From assembly GCF_000372725.1 (NCBI RefSeq), contig NW_005201318.1, positions 293,016 through 357,015 on the forward strand: 64,000 bases of DNA. Direction: 5' to 3'. Made by a program: the position numbers and the translations under genes. This document shows positions 47,336-57,386 of the stretch, one piece after another. How positions within the stretch are numbered: the stretch's first letter is position 1; every line of letters starts with the position of its first letter. The notes under the pieces were generated by a model. That model was not told the origin of the DNA. It did no database searches and was given only the letters and a program-made list of their open reading frames with translations. This DNA comes from Emiliania huxleyi CCMP1516 (lineage: Eukaryota).

Positions 47336-50300
47336 TCAAGGGCAACACAGCGTCACCAGCCGTTGGCGCGCAGAACGAGTCTGCGGCTCTCGGTTGGGAC
47401 GAGTGCGCGACGCGGTTGAACCGCTCAATATGGCCGGCAGCTCGCGCTGCCGGCGGGGTTGGTTGGGGAGAACCGGCACGGGGAAGGCCGGCCTCCCCGG
47501 AGGGGTCGCCCCCTGGAGGGGCCCCAAAGGGCCCCCCCCGGGGGGGCGGGGGCCCCCGCCCCGAGGGGCGGGGGCGGGTCCTTCCGTGTCGCTCCCCTCG
47601 TCGGGAGTGTCCGTCGGGATGGTGTTGTCTGCCCACTCGGCAGCGTTTGAGCCTCTGTCACCTTGCCTGCCGCGAGCAGCTAGCTCGTCGACGTAGTCGT
47701 TCCATTTGTTGCCGCTGTGACCCGCCACATGCCTCCACGTCACGGTGTGTTTGGCGCGAAGGCGTCGCCAGAGGGAACGAAGGCGCTCCGCTAGCTGTCT
47801 GTTCGTTTTGGGGGTCACCCTCCCCATCATGCACGCCGCCGCGTACTCGCTGTCGGTCCGCACTACTCCGCGTGAGCCCGCTCGTTGCGGTGACGAGGAC
47901 AGGAGAGCCCGGAGGAGCTCGGCTAGGGCGGTTAGTTCCGCCGTGTTGTTGGTATGCCTGCGCGCGCCGAGGTAGGCTGGGTGCGCCGCCGAAGTGACAA
48001 CTGGCCCGTAGCCCTCGCTCGCCAGCGACGCGCCCCTATCGCCGATTGCGTCGCCCCCGATGAGTACTGTATAGGCCCACCCTGCTTTCCCTAGGTCTTC
48101 CGACCCGTCTGTGTATGCCACCCAGTCGGGCGGGCGTCGTTGCGCCTGCTCTGCCAGTTGCTGCTGTGGGCGAAGAACGACCCCTGGTGCCTCGACCATT
48201 AGTCTCAGCTTGACCCGGCATGCCCCCCCTTCACCCTGAGGCGCTACACAGAGGAGTGCGACTGTGCTCACCGCGCAGCCGTTTGCCGCCACCCCTCGGA
48301 CAGATTCGAGCGTCTCGGGGAGCTCGCACTCACCTTCGCTGGAAAAGAATCCTGAGGCGAGCCACTCCGTCTCCCACTCCGCAACAGGCCCCTCCCCTGG
48401 CGACGGCTGCCAGCCCGGGATTCGGAGGCGAATCGCCTTCTCCTCGTCGAGAGCTCGGCGGCGGGTGTGGGCGTAAGTCCGGATTAGGGCTCGGCGCGCC
48501 TCGTTGTAGATCGTGTCAACTCGCACGTCCGGTGTGTCTTCCAGCGCGAGGAGGGCGTTCCGGTGGCGCCGTCGGAGGATGCCTGCAAGTGTCTCAAGCA
48601 TAATAACGCGAGTCGGCGTCGCCCCAATGCGCCCCTCAGCCATTTGTCCTCTGCCCGTGGTCAGACGGAACCCGGTGATGCAGAGGCGGCGGTATTCGTG
48701 GACTAGCTGCTCCCTCCCCATGCCCCGTACCTCCTCTAGCACGGCTTCATCCAGGGTCGTGCTTTCCAGGACTGCGCGGAGTACCGCCTCGAGGGTCAGT
48801 GTGGTGTATGGACATTCGAGGGCGAGGTGGCGTGTCGTTTCGATTGCTCTCACGCCGCCCAGTAGGCCGCACAGGTCGCACAGCCCCCGTCGACGTGGCT
48901 TCTTACATCGTCGCGGTCCAACCGGTAGCGCATCAGTCAACACTGAGTACGCCGTGTCTGACGTCGGCCGTGATAGGGACCTGTCGTGGATAGAGCGGAA
49001 GATAGACCGCGCTATCTTTCGTTCATCAGAGGCTGTGCTCTCGCCATTCCCCTCTCCCCCCCCGTCGCCGTCGCCATCGTCACTGTCGCCCTCGCCGTCA
49101 CTTGGCTCATCTCTGCCTCCGTCCCCACCTACGTCGCTGCCGTCGGAGGGGCCCAATGCGGCGGTAAAGGCGTCTAGGAGTGGGCCAGCGACTGCCTCCT
49201 GCGCTAGCCACTCATCCTTCTCCTCGGATGCGTCCCGCCATCGCACCTTGTACTCCGGCTCCCCTCGCTCGATGTTTGTGCGCTGCGCCAAGATGTACTC
49301 GATTTCCCACTCTCGGTTCGTGTCGTCTTGGATCGCGCGCCCTTCTCGTTCGGTATGAGCCAATAGATCATAGAAGCGCGTCGTGGCCGTTGCATCGTCC
49401 GGCGGGCGGGATGGGTCAAGGGTACGCATCGGTCGGTAGACCCGTGAGAGGTGTAGCGATGCGAGGTGCTTGACGGCCAGTTTCACCAGCGGCACCGCGG
49501 CGCGCACTCGCGTGGTAGGCGCGTACTGCACTGCCCACCTGGATGGGCTAGCCGCAATCTCCCATCCTTCGCTGGTCGTGGCGGCCCGCTGCATGAGGGC
49601 CGCCCTTATCACCGGTCCGCCGCACACCAACCTCTTGAGTTTCCGTGGCGCCCCCTTTTCTGCCCGGGCTCGGCGCGACTCCGGCCCCCACTCCTCGCGT
49701 GTGACGCTCGCAGAGGATTGTCCACCGTCCTCCCATACCTCCACTTCGCACCATCCGCCCGCGCCTCTTTCCCTCACCGTTGCGAGGCTCGGCGCTCCGG
49801 TCTCATCTTGCGTTGTTGCCCTGAGCTCTCCGGTTTCCATCCATTCGAAGACCGGTGCCTCACCTTGTGTGGGTGCGACCCATCGCCTGCCCTGCCCGTT
49901 ATCATTCATGCATGTCCATGCATTCCCAGGCAGGTCGCTCGTTCGCACGCATTCCTGCCAATCTATTGGGCGAGGGCGATTGAGAACGGCGTCTCGGAGG
50001 GTGATTAGCCACGCCTCTGGCAGGCTTTCAATTAATCGGCTGTATTCGTGTTGGTCGCAGGGCGGGTTTGGGTGGCAGCTTCTCCTAAACTCGCGCCAGG
50101 CCATTGGCAGGCCGTCCCCGCCAAGGAGGTGCACTACGTGTGTTACCCCGACTTCTGCGAATCGCACCGATCGCTCGTAGACCTCCCGTGCGTCTTCCTC
50201 TCTTTCATTGGTCCACCGGCAGAGTTTGGGTTTCGGTTTCTTGTCTCTGGCCAGTCGCTCCCAGTCCGGGCTGTCGAGTACCGCTGCGCCCCACCAGCCC

Positions 50301-51695
50301 GACAGGTGTGGGTTGTAGAATAGCGGCTCCATTAACACGCGTCCGATCGACCAAAGCCCCCCCACTCGCACTGTCCTCGGTACGCCCGCCCTCGCCTGTC
50401 GGTACGTGACTTCAGGTGTGTGGTCTTTCTGTGCGGCGTCCTCACCATCGTACGGTACCAGTCCTCTCAGAGTGCCATGCGTCTTGAGTGCGATGCGCCA
50501 GTAGGCGGGCATCGTATCGGGGAGATTGAGAAAATCGCACGAGGAGTGGAAGAGCCGTCGCCCCATGCGGAGGTGCCCGTATGCTCGATTGACGTAGGAC
50601 GCCACTATATTCACGCCTTTGTGTGACGACGGCGTGACCAGGCGGCTCACCTGGCGCTGGTATAAGCTGCGTGTGAATATCTCGATGTCCTGGCAGTGTT
50701 GTCCGCCCTCGGGTCGCTCTTGGATGAGCGTCTCGCGTTTTACCGCGTGTCGGCGTGCCTGGTGTAGGCCCTCCGCGTTTGCCGGCGCCTCAAAGAAATT
50801 CCACGCGTACCGCTGCCATTTCTCGAGCATTTGGGGTAGGTTGGGCGGCGTCTGCGACTGCACCAGGTACCACGCACAGGATTGCACGTGATTCTTGATG
50901 ACTATATTTCGGCCCCGTCTTGAGCGAGGCATGCCTCGTCCCACCCATCGCTCATACCGCTTCTCCATCTTTGCCGTCACAGTCTCCTCCCACTTGCGGG
51001 CTATCCTCTCTGGGGCGCCGAGAAAAATGCCGAGATATCGGATGAGCGGGCTCGTTGTGTTGATGTCGCGTCTCTCCTCCCACCCCTGCGGCAGGTCGGT
51101 CGAGTCCCGGAGCGACCCGACCCTCATGCCAAAAGTCTTAGACCATGAGTTCAGCGCGCCCGACCCGTCCTCGTAGATATTTAGCAGTCGTTTGAATTCA
51201 TTGAGCTGGCCGGTGTTTCGTAGGAATATGATCAAATCGTCGGCGAACCCTAGCACTTTTAGGGTGTGGCGCAGTTGGTCGTCGCCTCCCGTCCCGGGAA
51301 TTTCCACTCCCTGGAGAGTGTCGGTTGTGCTGATGAGGGAGAGGAAGCTCTGTATCACCAAAAGGTACAGAATGGGGGATAGCGGGCCTCCTTGTGACAC
51401 TCCGTTTGTCGGTCTGAACGCCCCTCCAATGTGCGAGTTGACCTTGACTTTGTACTCGCTGTTCTCGTATAGTATTTCTACCATTCGCCTGAAGTCCTCG
51501 TGAATACCCATCGATTGCATCACCTGGTGCATAAAGTCCCATTGCACTCGCGGGTACGCATTGTCCTGATCGCAAAAGAGTAGAAACCCCCCCTCCATGA
51601 GCTCATCCGCCCATGCGATGTAATCTTGCACGAGCTGTGTGTTCTCGACGATGAGTTTTCCGGCTTGGAAAGCCTTCTGGTCCGGGGAGACTTGC
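47336..51695 (-). CDS. Non-LTR polyprotein fragment: L1/Tx1-type reverse transcriptase, chromodomain, CCHC-type finger, RNase H
   Basis: RT: SPDQKAF, DQDNAYPRV, GVSQGGPLSPILY, FADD (~51240), YLG (~51035). Chromodomain: EWEIEYILAQR..EYKVRW...DEWL (~49205-49315). CDLC...HLALEC (~48810-48895). RNase H: YTDGS, TNNTAEL, TDSEY, HVAGHSGNKWNDYVDELA (~47680-48120). Confidence 0.92.
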
Positions 51696-51730
51696 CGCGC
51701 CCTTTTGTGGAAAGAAAATAAATTCCTGCG

Positions 51731-53146
51731 ATGCCCGCTCCGCGGCGCCGCTCGCGCCGCCTCGCCTCCGCAGCCGCTCCCTCGCCAGACACGCCGCCGC
51801 CCATCCGCCTCCTCGACCTCCCCACGGACCTCCTCGCGCGCGTCATCTCCCGCTGCGACCCCGCCGACATCGCTCGCGTCGCGGCCGTCTCGCTGCTCTT
51901 CCACGCCTCGCTTGCGCTGGAGGGCATCCGCTTGCGCCTGCAAGAGGCCGGCTACGAGCCGCCGGCGCAGCCAGAGGGCGAGAGCTGCGCCGTGCGGTGG
52001 CTGTGCTATTCTGCGCTGCTGTGCGAGTCCAACCTGCCGGCGAGGGCGTTGGCAGGCGAACGGCACAGCGTCTTCATCGACGGCGAGGGGCGGCTCTCGT
52101 CGTGCGGAACGGCTGAGAGCTGGAGGCCAGGACTGCTCGGGCACGGCGAGGGGGTGACGCAGCTCAACACGCCGACCCGCCTCCCTTTCCCGCTGGGCGG
52201 CGAGCGCGCCGTGAGCGTGTCGGCTGGAGGTCTGCACAGCTGGGCCCTCGCCGCCGACGGCGCTGTCTGGAGCTGGGGCTTTGGTCTCCACGGCCGGCTG
52301 GGCCACGGCGACGAGCAGGAGCAGCTGCTGCCGAAGAAGGTCGAGGCCTTGGCTCGCCAGCGCACCGTCGCTGTGTCGGCTGGAGCCGCGCATAGCCTCG
52401 CCCTCACCGCCAACGGCGCCGTCTGGAGCTGGGGCTGTGGAGGCCTTGGCCGCCTGGGCCACGGCGACGAGCAAACCAAGCTGCTGCCGAAGAAGATCGA
52501 GGCCTTGGGTGGCCAGCGCGTCGTCGCTGTGTCGGCTGGAGCCATCCACAGCATCGCCCTCACCGCCGACGGCGCCCTCTGGAGCTGGGGCGGTGGAGGC
52601 TGGGGCCAGCTGGGCCATGGCGGCGGGCAGCACCATCTGCTGCCAAAGAAGGTCGAGGCCTTGGCGGGGAAGCGCGTCGTCGCTGTGTCGGCCGGAGCGT
52701 ACCACAGCATCGCCCACACCGCCGACGGCGCCGTCTGGAGCTGGGGCTATGGAGGCCTTGGTAAGTTGGGCCACGGTGACTCGCAGAACCAGTTCCTGCC
52801 GAAGAAGGTCGAGGCGTTGGCCGGTCAGCGTGTCGTCGCTGTGTCGGCTGGAAGCAGCCACAGCCTCGCCATCACCGCCGACGGCGCCGTCTGGAGCTGG
52901 GGCGGGGGAGATGAGGGCCGGTTGGGCCACGGCGACCAGCAGAACCAGCTGCTGCCCAAGAAGGTTGAGGCGTTTGCTGACCAGCGCGTCCTCGCTGTGT
53001 CGGCTGGGCTCGCGCACAGTCTCGCCATTACCGCCGACAACGCCGTCTTTACCTGGGGCAAGGGCGAGGGCGGCTGCCTAGGCCACGGAGAGGACCTGTC
53101 CAACCAGCTGCTGCCCAAGAAGATCGAGACGTGGGCGCCGGGGTAG
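51731..53146 (+). CDS. Intronless F-box plus RCC1-repeat protein
   Basis: LLDLPTDLLARVISR F-box, then about seven VSAGxxHSLALTADGAVWSWG..GxLGHG repeats. Confidence 0.92.
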   Translation: MPAPRRRSRRLASAAAPSPDTPPPIRLLDLPTDLLARVISRCDPADIARVAAVSLLFHASLALEGIRLRLQEAGYEPPAQPEGESCAVRWLCYSALLCESNLPARALAGERHSVFIDGEGRLSSCGTAESWRPGLLGHGEGVTQLNTPTRLPFPLGGERAVSVSAGGLHSWALAADGAVWSWGFGLHGRLGHGDEQEQLLPKKVEALARQRTVAVSAGAAHSLALTANGAVWSWGCGGLGRLGHGDEQTKLLPKKIEALGGQRVVAVSAGAIHSIALTADGALWSWGGGGWGQLGHGGGQHHLLPKKVEALAGKRVVAVSAGAYHSIAHTADGAVWSWGYGGLGKLGHGDSQNQFLPKKVEALAGQRVVAVSAGSSHSLAITADGAVWSWGGGDEGRLGHGDQQNQLLPKKVEAFADQRVLAVSAGLAHSLAITADNAVFTWGKGEGGCLGHGEDLSNQLLPKKIETWAPG

Positions 53147-53283
53147 TTAGCTGGAGGATCACCGCGCATCCTCTTGCGTTCACTTGGGTTGAATTCTTGT
53201 GAGCTTCGCGGGCTTCGCGAATTCTTTCCAACACGGGTCGCATTTGAGCGCGCTGTGCGCCTCGTGAGTTTCGTGAGCGTGCA

Positions 53284-53358
53284 CCTGTCTTAGTGCCAGT
53301 GCGCGCCAGTCGCCCGTGCCAGTGTCGGCAGTGTCGTGTCTCGTGCGGAGAGAGAGGG
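53284..53358 (+). mobile_element. Copy of the retroelement 3'-terminal motif downstream of the RCC1 gene
   Basis: cctgtcttagtgccagtgcgcgccag matches the reverse complement of 57200-57225 at 25/26 nt. A 21-nt core is identical to the reverse complement of 11141-11161. Confidence 0.75.
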
Positions 53359-53359
53359 A

Positions 53360-54060
53360 AAAAAACTGTTCAAGTCTTAAAGGCAAAACACAACGCTCTG
53401 CGGTTGGTGCACCCCCCACACTGACACATTCCCCTCATCCCCTACCCTTGGCTGAGCACATCTACCTGCGAGCTAGCCTCTCCGCATTTTCTCTTCCAGT
53501 CATCCGCCCGCGCCGCGCGCCATCTCTGGGCGTCTAGTGCAGCCACTGACAGAGCTATTCCGAAGGAGTGGTCGACGCCTCGCCTAGAGTTCGGGTGGAC
53601 TTGCGCACTGCTTAGCCCTGAGGGGGGAGTGTGTGTGAGGTGGTGTAATGTCGTCCCGTTTCAGGCGGCAGGTCAGGGGATTAGCCGGGAGGATTCGGCA
53701 GCTCAGCCGGGGGCTGAGCGTCTGCAGGCAGCCTTCCGCTCGCGCCGAAATTCACAGCCCTCCCGGGCCGACGGGGTGCTCCTTGGATCGGGCCCCGCTC
53801 CCCGCTTTTCCTGTACCTGGACTGTCCGGGTCAGGAGGGTGAGAGTATTGGGTGGGCGAGGGCAGTACATCTGGCGGGTGGGGATTGAGGGACAGCAAGA
53901 GGGCTGATTGTCGAGGCTGATTGGGGGGTCAATGGGCGCGGGCGGCGCTTCGTGGTCCTGGGCGAGCAGGGGCAGTGGTTAGGAGTCTTGGGCCTGGAGA
54001 TATGAGGATTGTCGAGATGTCATGCGAGAGCGGTAGGTGGGCGAAGGTAGCGCGGCTAGG
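53360..54060 (-). mobile_element. Diverged copy of family 'AB'
   Basis: aaaaactgttcaagtcttaaaggc...gggcgtctagtgcagccactgacaga...gcgcactgcttagccct...tgtgtgtgaggtg...ccgacgggg...cttttcctg is colinear with 37600-38170. The far end is approximate. Confidence 0.8.
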
Positions 54061-54394
54061 GTGGCGGCGGCGCGGGCGGTGGCGGCGCGGGCGGCGGTGG
54101 CGAGGGTGGCGGCGGCATGGGCGGTGGCGGCGAGGGTGGCGGCGGTACCGGCGAGGGTGGAGAGGGCGGCGGCGGTGCCGGCGGAGGTGGAGAGAAAGGT
54201 GGTGAGTGGTGGGTGTCCGCATGTACGATGGTGTGCGTCGACGAATCTGAAATCCGGTGCACGTGCTCATGAGCGTGGCTGGCGATGCCGTCGTGCGCGT
54301 GATCGTGGCTGTGCGTGATGACCACCACGTTATCCGACACCGAGGCGGACGGCGACAGGGTGGCGGCCACCGCAATGGCGGCCACCAGCAGCAT
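54056..54394 (-). CDS. Signal peptide, His-rich segment and Pro-rich segment; probably truncated
   Basis: MLLVAAIAVAATLSPSAS...THSHDHAHDGIASHAHEHVH...SPPPP. The stop coincides with the edge of the AB copy. Confidence 0.55.
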   Translation of the reverse strand: MLLVAAIAVAATLSPSASVSDNVVVITHSHDHAHDGIASHAHEHVHRISDSSTHTIVHADTHHSPPFSPPPPAPPPPSPPSPVPPPPSPPPPMPPPPSPPPPAPPPPAPPPP

Positions 54395-54684
54395 ATTCGT
54401 GCGTGCTTCCGATCGTCGGCTCCGGGTAAAAGTTTTTAGGTTTCGCCCGTCGGTGGCGGTAAAACTCTTGATATTGTAGAACCCGCCCCCCCGACCCCCC
54501 CCTCCCCCCACACACAAGAAGGGAGGGCGCAGCCTGGCTTTTTGATTATGTTCGAGAGAGCCCGCGGCGCTCGCCTCTACCTCACACGCCTCTTCTCTCC
54601 ACTCCGAAACTCAATGCGAATCGATGCGCCGCGCACGTCGCGTGGGTAAATATCACAATCGTAACGTCCCTGTGCGAAGAGGCA

Positions 54685-56500
54685 CTACACGCCGCGCTCC
54701 TGCAGCGCCCGCGAGAGCGCGTCGCACTCAGCGCGGACCATCTGCAGATGCTCGGGCGACAGCGTCGCCACGCTCTTCTGCAGCTCGCGCACCGCGGTGA
54801 GAGCGGCGGCCACCTGCTCGGCAACGCGGGGAGGGGGGGGGGGGGGGGGAGGAGGACTGTCGCGCAATGCGAGCCTGTTTTCGGCGTGGCGCCGGCGTGA
54901 TGGCTGCGCCGGCGATCCACGCACCGGCTTTGGCACGGCGCCCTGCCTCGCGCCGATGCCGTTTGCGCCGCCGGTGTGCGGAGCGACGCCGTTCGACACC
55001 CTCAACGCCTTGGGCAGCTCCCCCGCTGCCGGCTGCTGCGCCCCGTTCTCGACGTGCACCCCGTTCTGGCTGATCCACTCGAGCCACTGCGCGTTGAAAA
55101 CCTCCATCGCTTGGACGTACAGATGCATCCCCTCCGCGGCGCTTCTCCCCCCCGGGGGGGGGGGGGGGGGGGGGGTGGGGGCCCCCCCTTCCAAGGCCTT
55201 GGGGTCTCCCCAAAAATACTTAAAAGGGTCCTCGGGGCAAAGAAAATTTGGCCCAGGTCCAAAGGGGGGGGGGGGGGGGGAAAAGGGGGGGGGGGGTCTG
55301 CCTGCATCTGAAGCGCCTCGAGCAAGATGCGGTCCGCGTCGCTCAGGCTTGGCAGCGGTGGCCCGTGATTGGCATAGTGCACCGCCAGGTGGAACTTTTC
55401 AGGGTACGAGACCTATGTGGTCCACGAGGCTAGCCGCGGTGGCGACTCCGCCGCCGGCAGCAGCGCTGCATGTGGCGTCAAGAAATCACCGTTGCGAGCG
55501 ACGACGCCGACTTGAGCATGGCAGGAGGCTGCGGCGCCGCGGTCCGCACGCCAGCGCCGCTTGCCGCGCTGCTGCAGCTCGGCGCAACGTCGCTCGGTTC
55601 GGGCGCCGCAGCCTCGGCCTCGAAGCGGCGCTTGACAGCAAAGACGTGCGAAAAGTAGTTTCGCCAAAAGTCCTCCTCAGAGATGCTGCGGAGGGGCCGG
55701 CGGCGCGTGGAGTGAGTCGCCGCGGGTCTGCGAGTGTTTGTGTAGTATGGTGTGCGGCGCAGATGCGGTCTTGCGGCCAGCGCTCTGTCTGCCCTCAATG
55801 TGCGCTGGCGTGGAGAAGTTTGTACGAATGTGGCTGCCGCAGGGAATGCGGCCCGCGCGAGCGGGGACAGAGCCGTGCTTACCGGGAAGGGACGAGGCGA
55901 GGTATTAGCTTCGTCAGACGCTCGTCGCTCTGGTACGCCGCCTCTGCGAACGGCCGGTGCTCTACCCAGTCCCACGTGAATGCTGGGTCAGAGCTTAGCA
56001 CGTGCGGCACGAGGAAGTTTGCCGTCGAGTTGGAGAGCGACTTGACGGCGGCGCGAAAGTCGTCGGCGCGCGCCTTCTCCGCCTCGGTCTCCGCCTCCCA
56101 CGGCGGAAGGAAGACGCTGTGCTCGCTTCCCATCTGAGTTCCTGACACGGCGCGGCGTGCCGCGGCGAGTTGTTGATGCTGCAGAACGCCGCCTTGAAGT
56201 AAAACCAGCCCGTTGTGAAGAGCTGGGGCGCGCCAGCCAAGAGCCTAGGTAGGTGCGGATCGGCAAGAGCGCAATCGATCTTTTTGCCCTCTATCACCTT
56301 GGGTTGTAAGAACTTGAAACACACCACGCAGGGGCACAGCAAGCACGGATAGCCGTTGAGGAGAAAGGGCGTAAGGTGTATGCGCAGCCACGGCCGTGTT
56401 GCGGTGGGCGCGCCACCTCCCGCGAGCGCGGCGGGATCGGAATTGCGGCCGGAGGGAAGGGCGAGCCGCCGCCGCCGCCGCCATATACCATCAGCGACGA
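54685..56500 (-). CDS. BSD-domain protein, multi-exon; ends uncertain
   Basis: FTWDW...AEAAYQSDERLTKLIPRLVP|ISEEDFWRNYFSHV is the BSD signature (~55640-55980). Confidence 0.75.
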
Positions 56501-57189
56501 CGACCGCGGCTCGCCCCAAACGCCAGGCGCTGGATCGGCAGTAGGGCTTGGGCGGCGCAGCGTAGGCCTCGAGCCACACGAGTCGCCGACAACCCCCCCT
56601 CATCGACGTGATGGCCGCACCCGCTGCCGGCCGATGCAAGCTGCCGCCTCCACCGCACCAGCGATACTGGCCGCGGCTCGCCGCCACGCGCCGGCTCGGA
56701 AGAGGGGCTATCGGCGGCGCAGCAGAGCGGCATGCGTCGTCATTCGAGCAGCACCAGGTCCCCTCTTCGACGTGACGGCCGCTCCCGGAGCCGGCCGGTG
56801 CGCGCCCGACCCACGCCCCCTCTCGCACCCCCCCGACCCCCCTGCGCGGCGCCCCCTCCACTGCGCGCCGGCTCGAGCGCCTATTGCCAAATCGCGACTT
56901 TCGAGCGCAGTGCGTGCGCCCCACACGTCACGCGAGCGCAGGAGAGTTTGCGGCAGAGCAGTACCGTGTACTAGCCGGAGGCATCGCGCCGAAAACCCCG
57001 CGCATTCCGCCCCAACAGAGGCTGCAGGAGGCAGATGGCCAATAGCGTGTCGTTTAGCGACCATCGTTACGAAATGTAGCCTTACCGGGAGCTCTCCAAG
57101 CTGTCTTGGGTGGTAAAGATTTTTCGGCCGGCGCGCACACACCCCTCTCCTTAAAATCCCTGTGTGGTGGCGGCGTGCCTGTGTTTTAT

Positions 57190-57386
57190 TTCTTTCTTTC
57201 TGGCGCGCACTGGCACTAACACAGGTACACCACGGGAGCCGCCTAAGCGACTCCTGCGAGGACGGCGAGGCACTTAGCTCCGTGCCGCACCCGACCGCCC
57301 TCGCCGCAGGCAAGCGCATTCACAATCTGCTCTGCGATTGCCGTGTGAAGAACGACCGAGATACGCTGCTCTGCAGCCCTAGCCGC
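57190..57386 (-). mobile_element. 5'-truncated 3' fragment of the same non-LTR family
   Basis: Encodes QRISVVLHTAIAEQIVNALACGEGGRVRHGAKCLAVLAGVA* (stop at 57243), versus QRLSVVLHTAVAWQTVNELACGESGIVHGAECIAVLNGVA* at 46608. Followed by the same 3' UTR motif. Confidence 0.85.

Larger units (their letters stand above)
46513..51704 (-). mobile_element. 5'-truncated non-LTR retrotransposon (RT, chromodomain, zinc finger, RNase H, RLE-like tail) with a 12-bp TSD
   Basis: ttgtggaaagaa at 46501-46512 and 51705-51716 brackets the element. Domain motifs are given in the two CDS entries. Confidence 0.88.

Noticed and set aside
51705..53017. N-terminal ~440 aa of the 1893-aa minus-strand ORF as part of the retroelement protein
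   Set aside because: It is the stop-free antisense of the F-box-RCC1 gene. The TSD at 51705-51716 marks the true element boundary.
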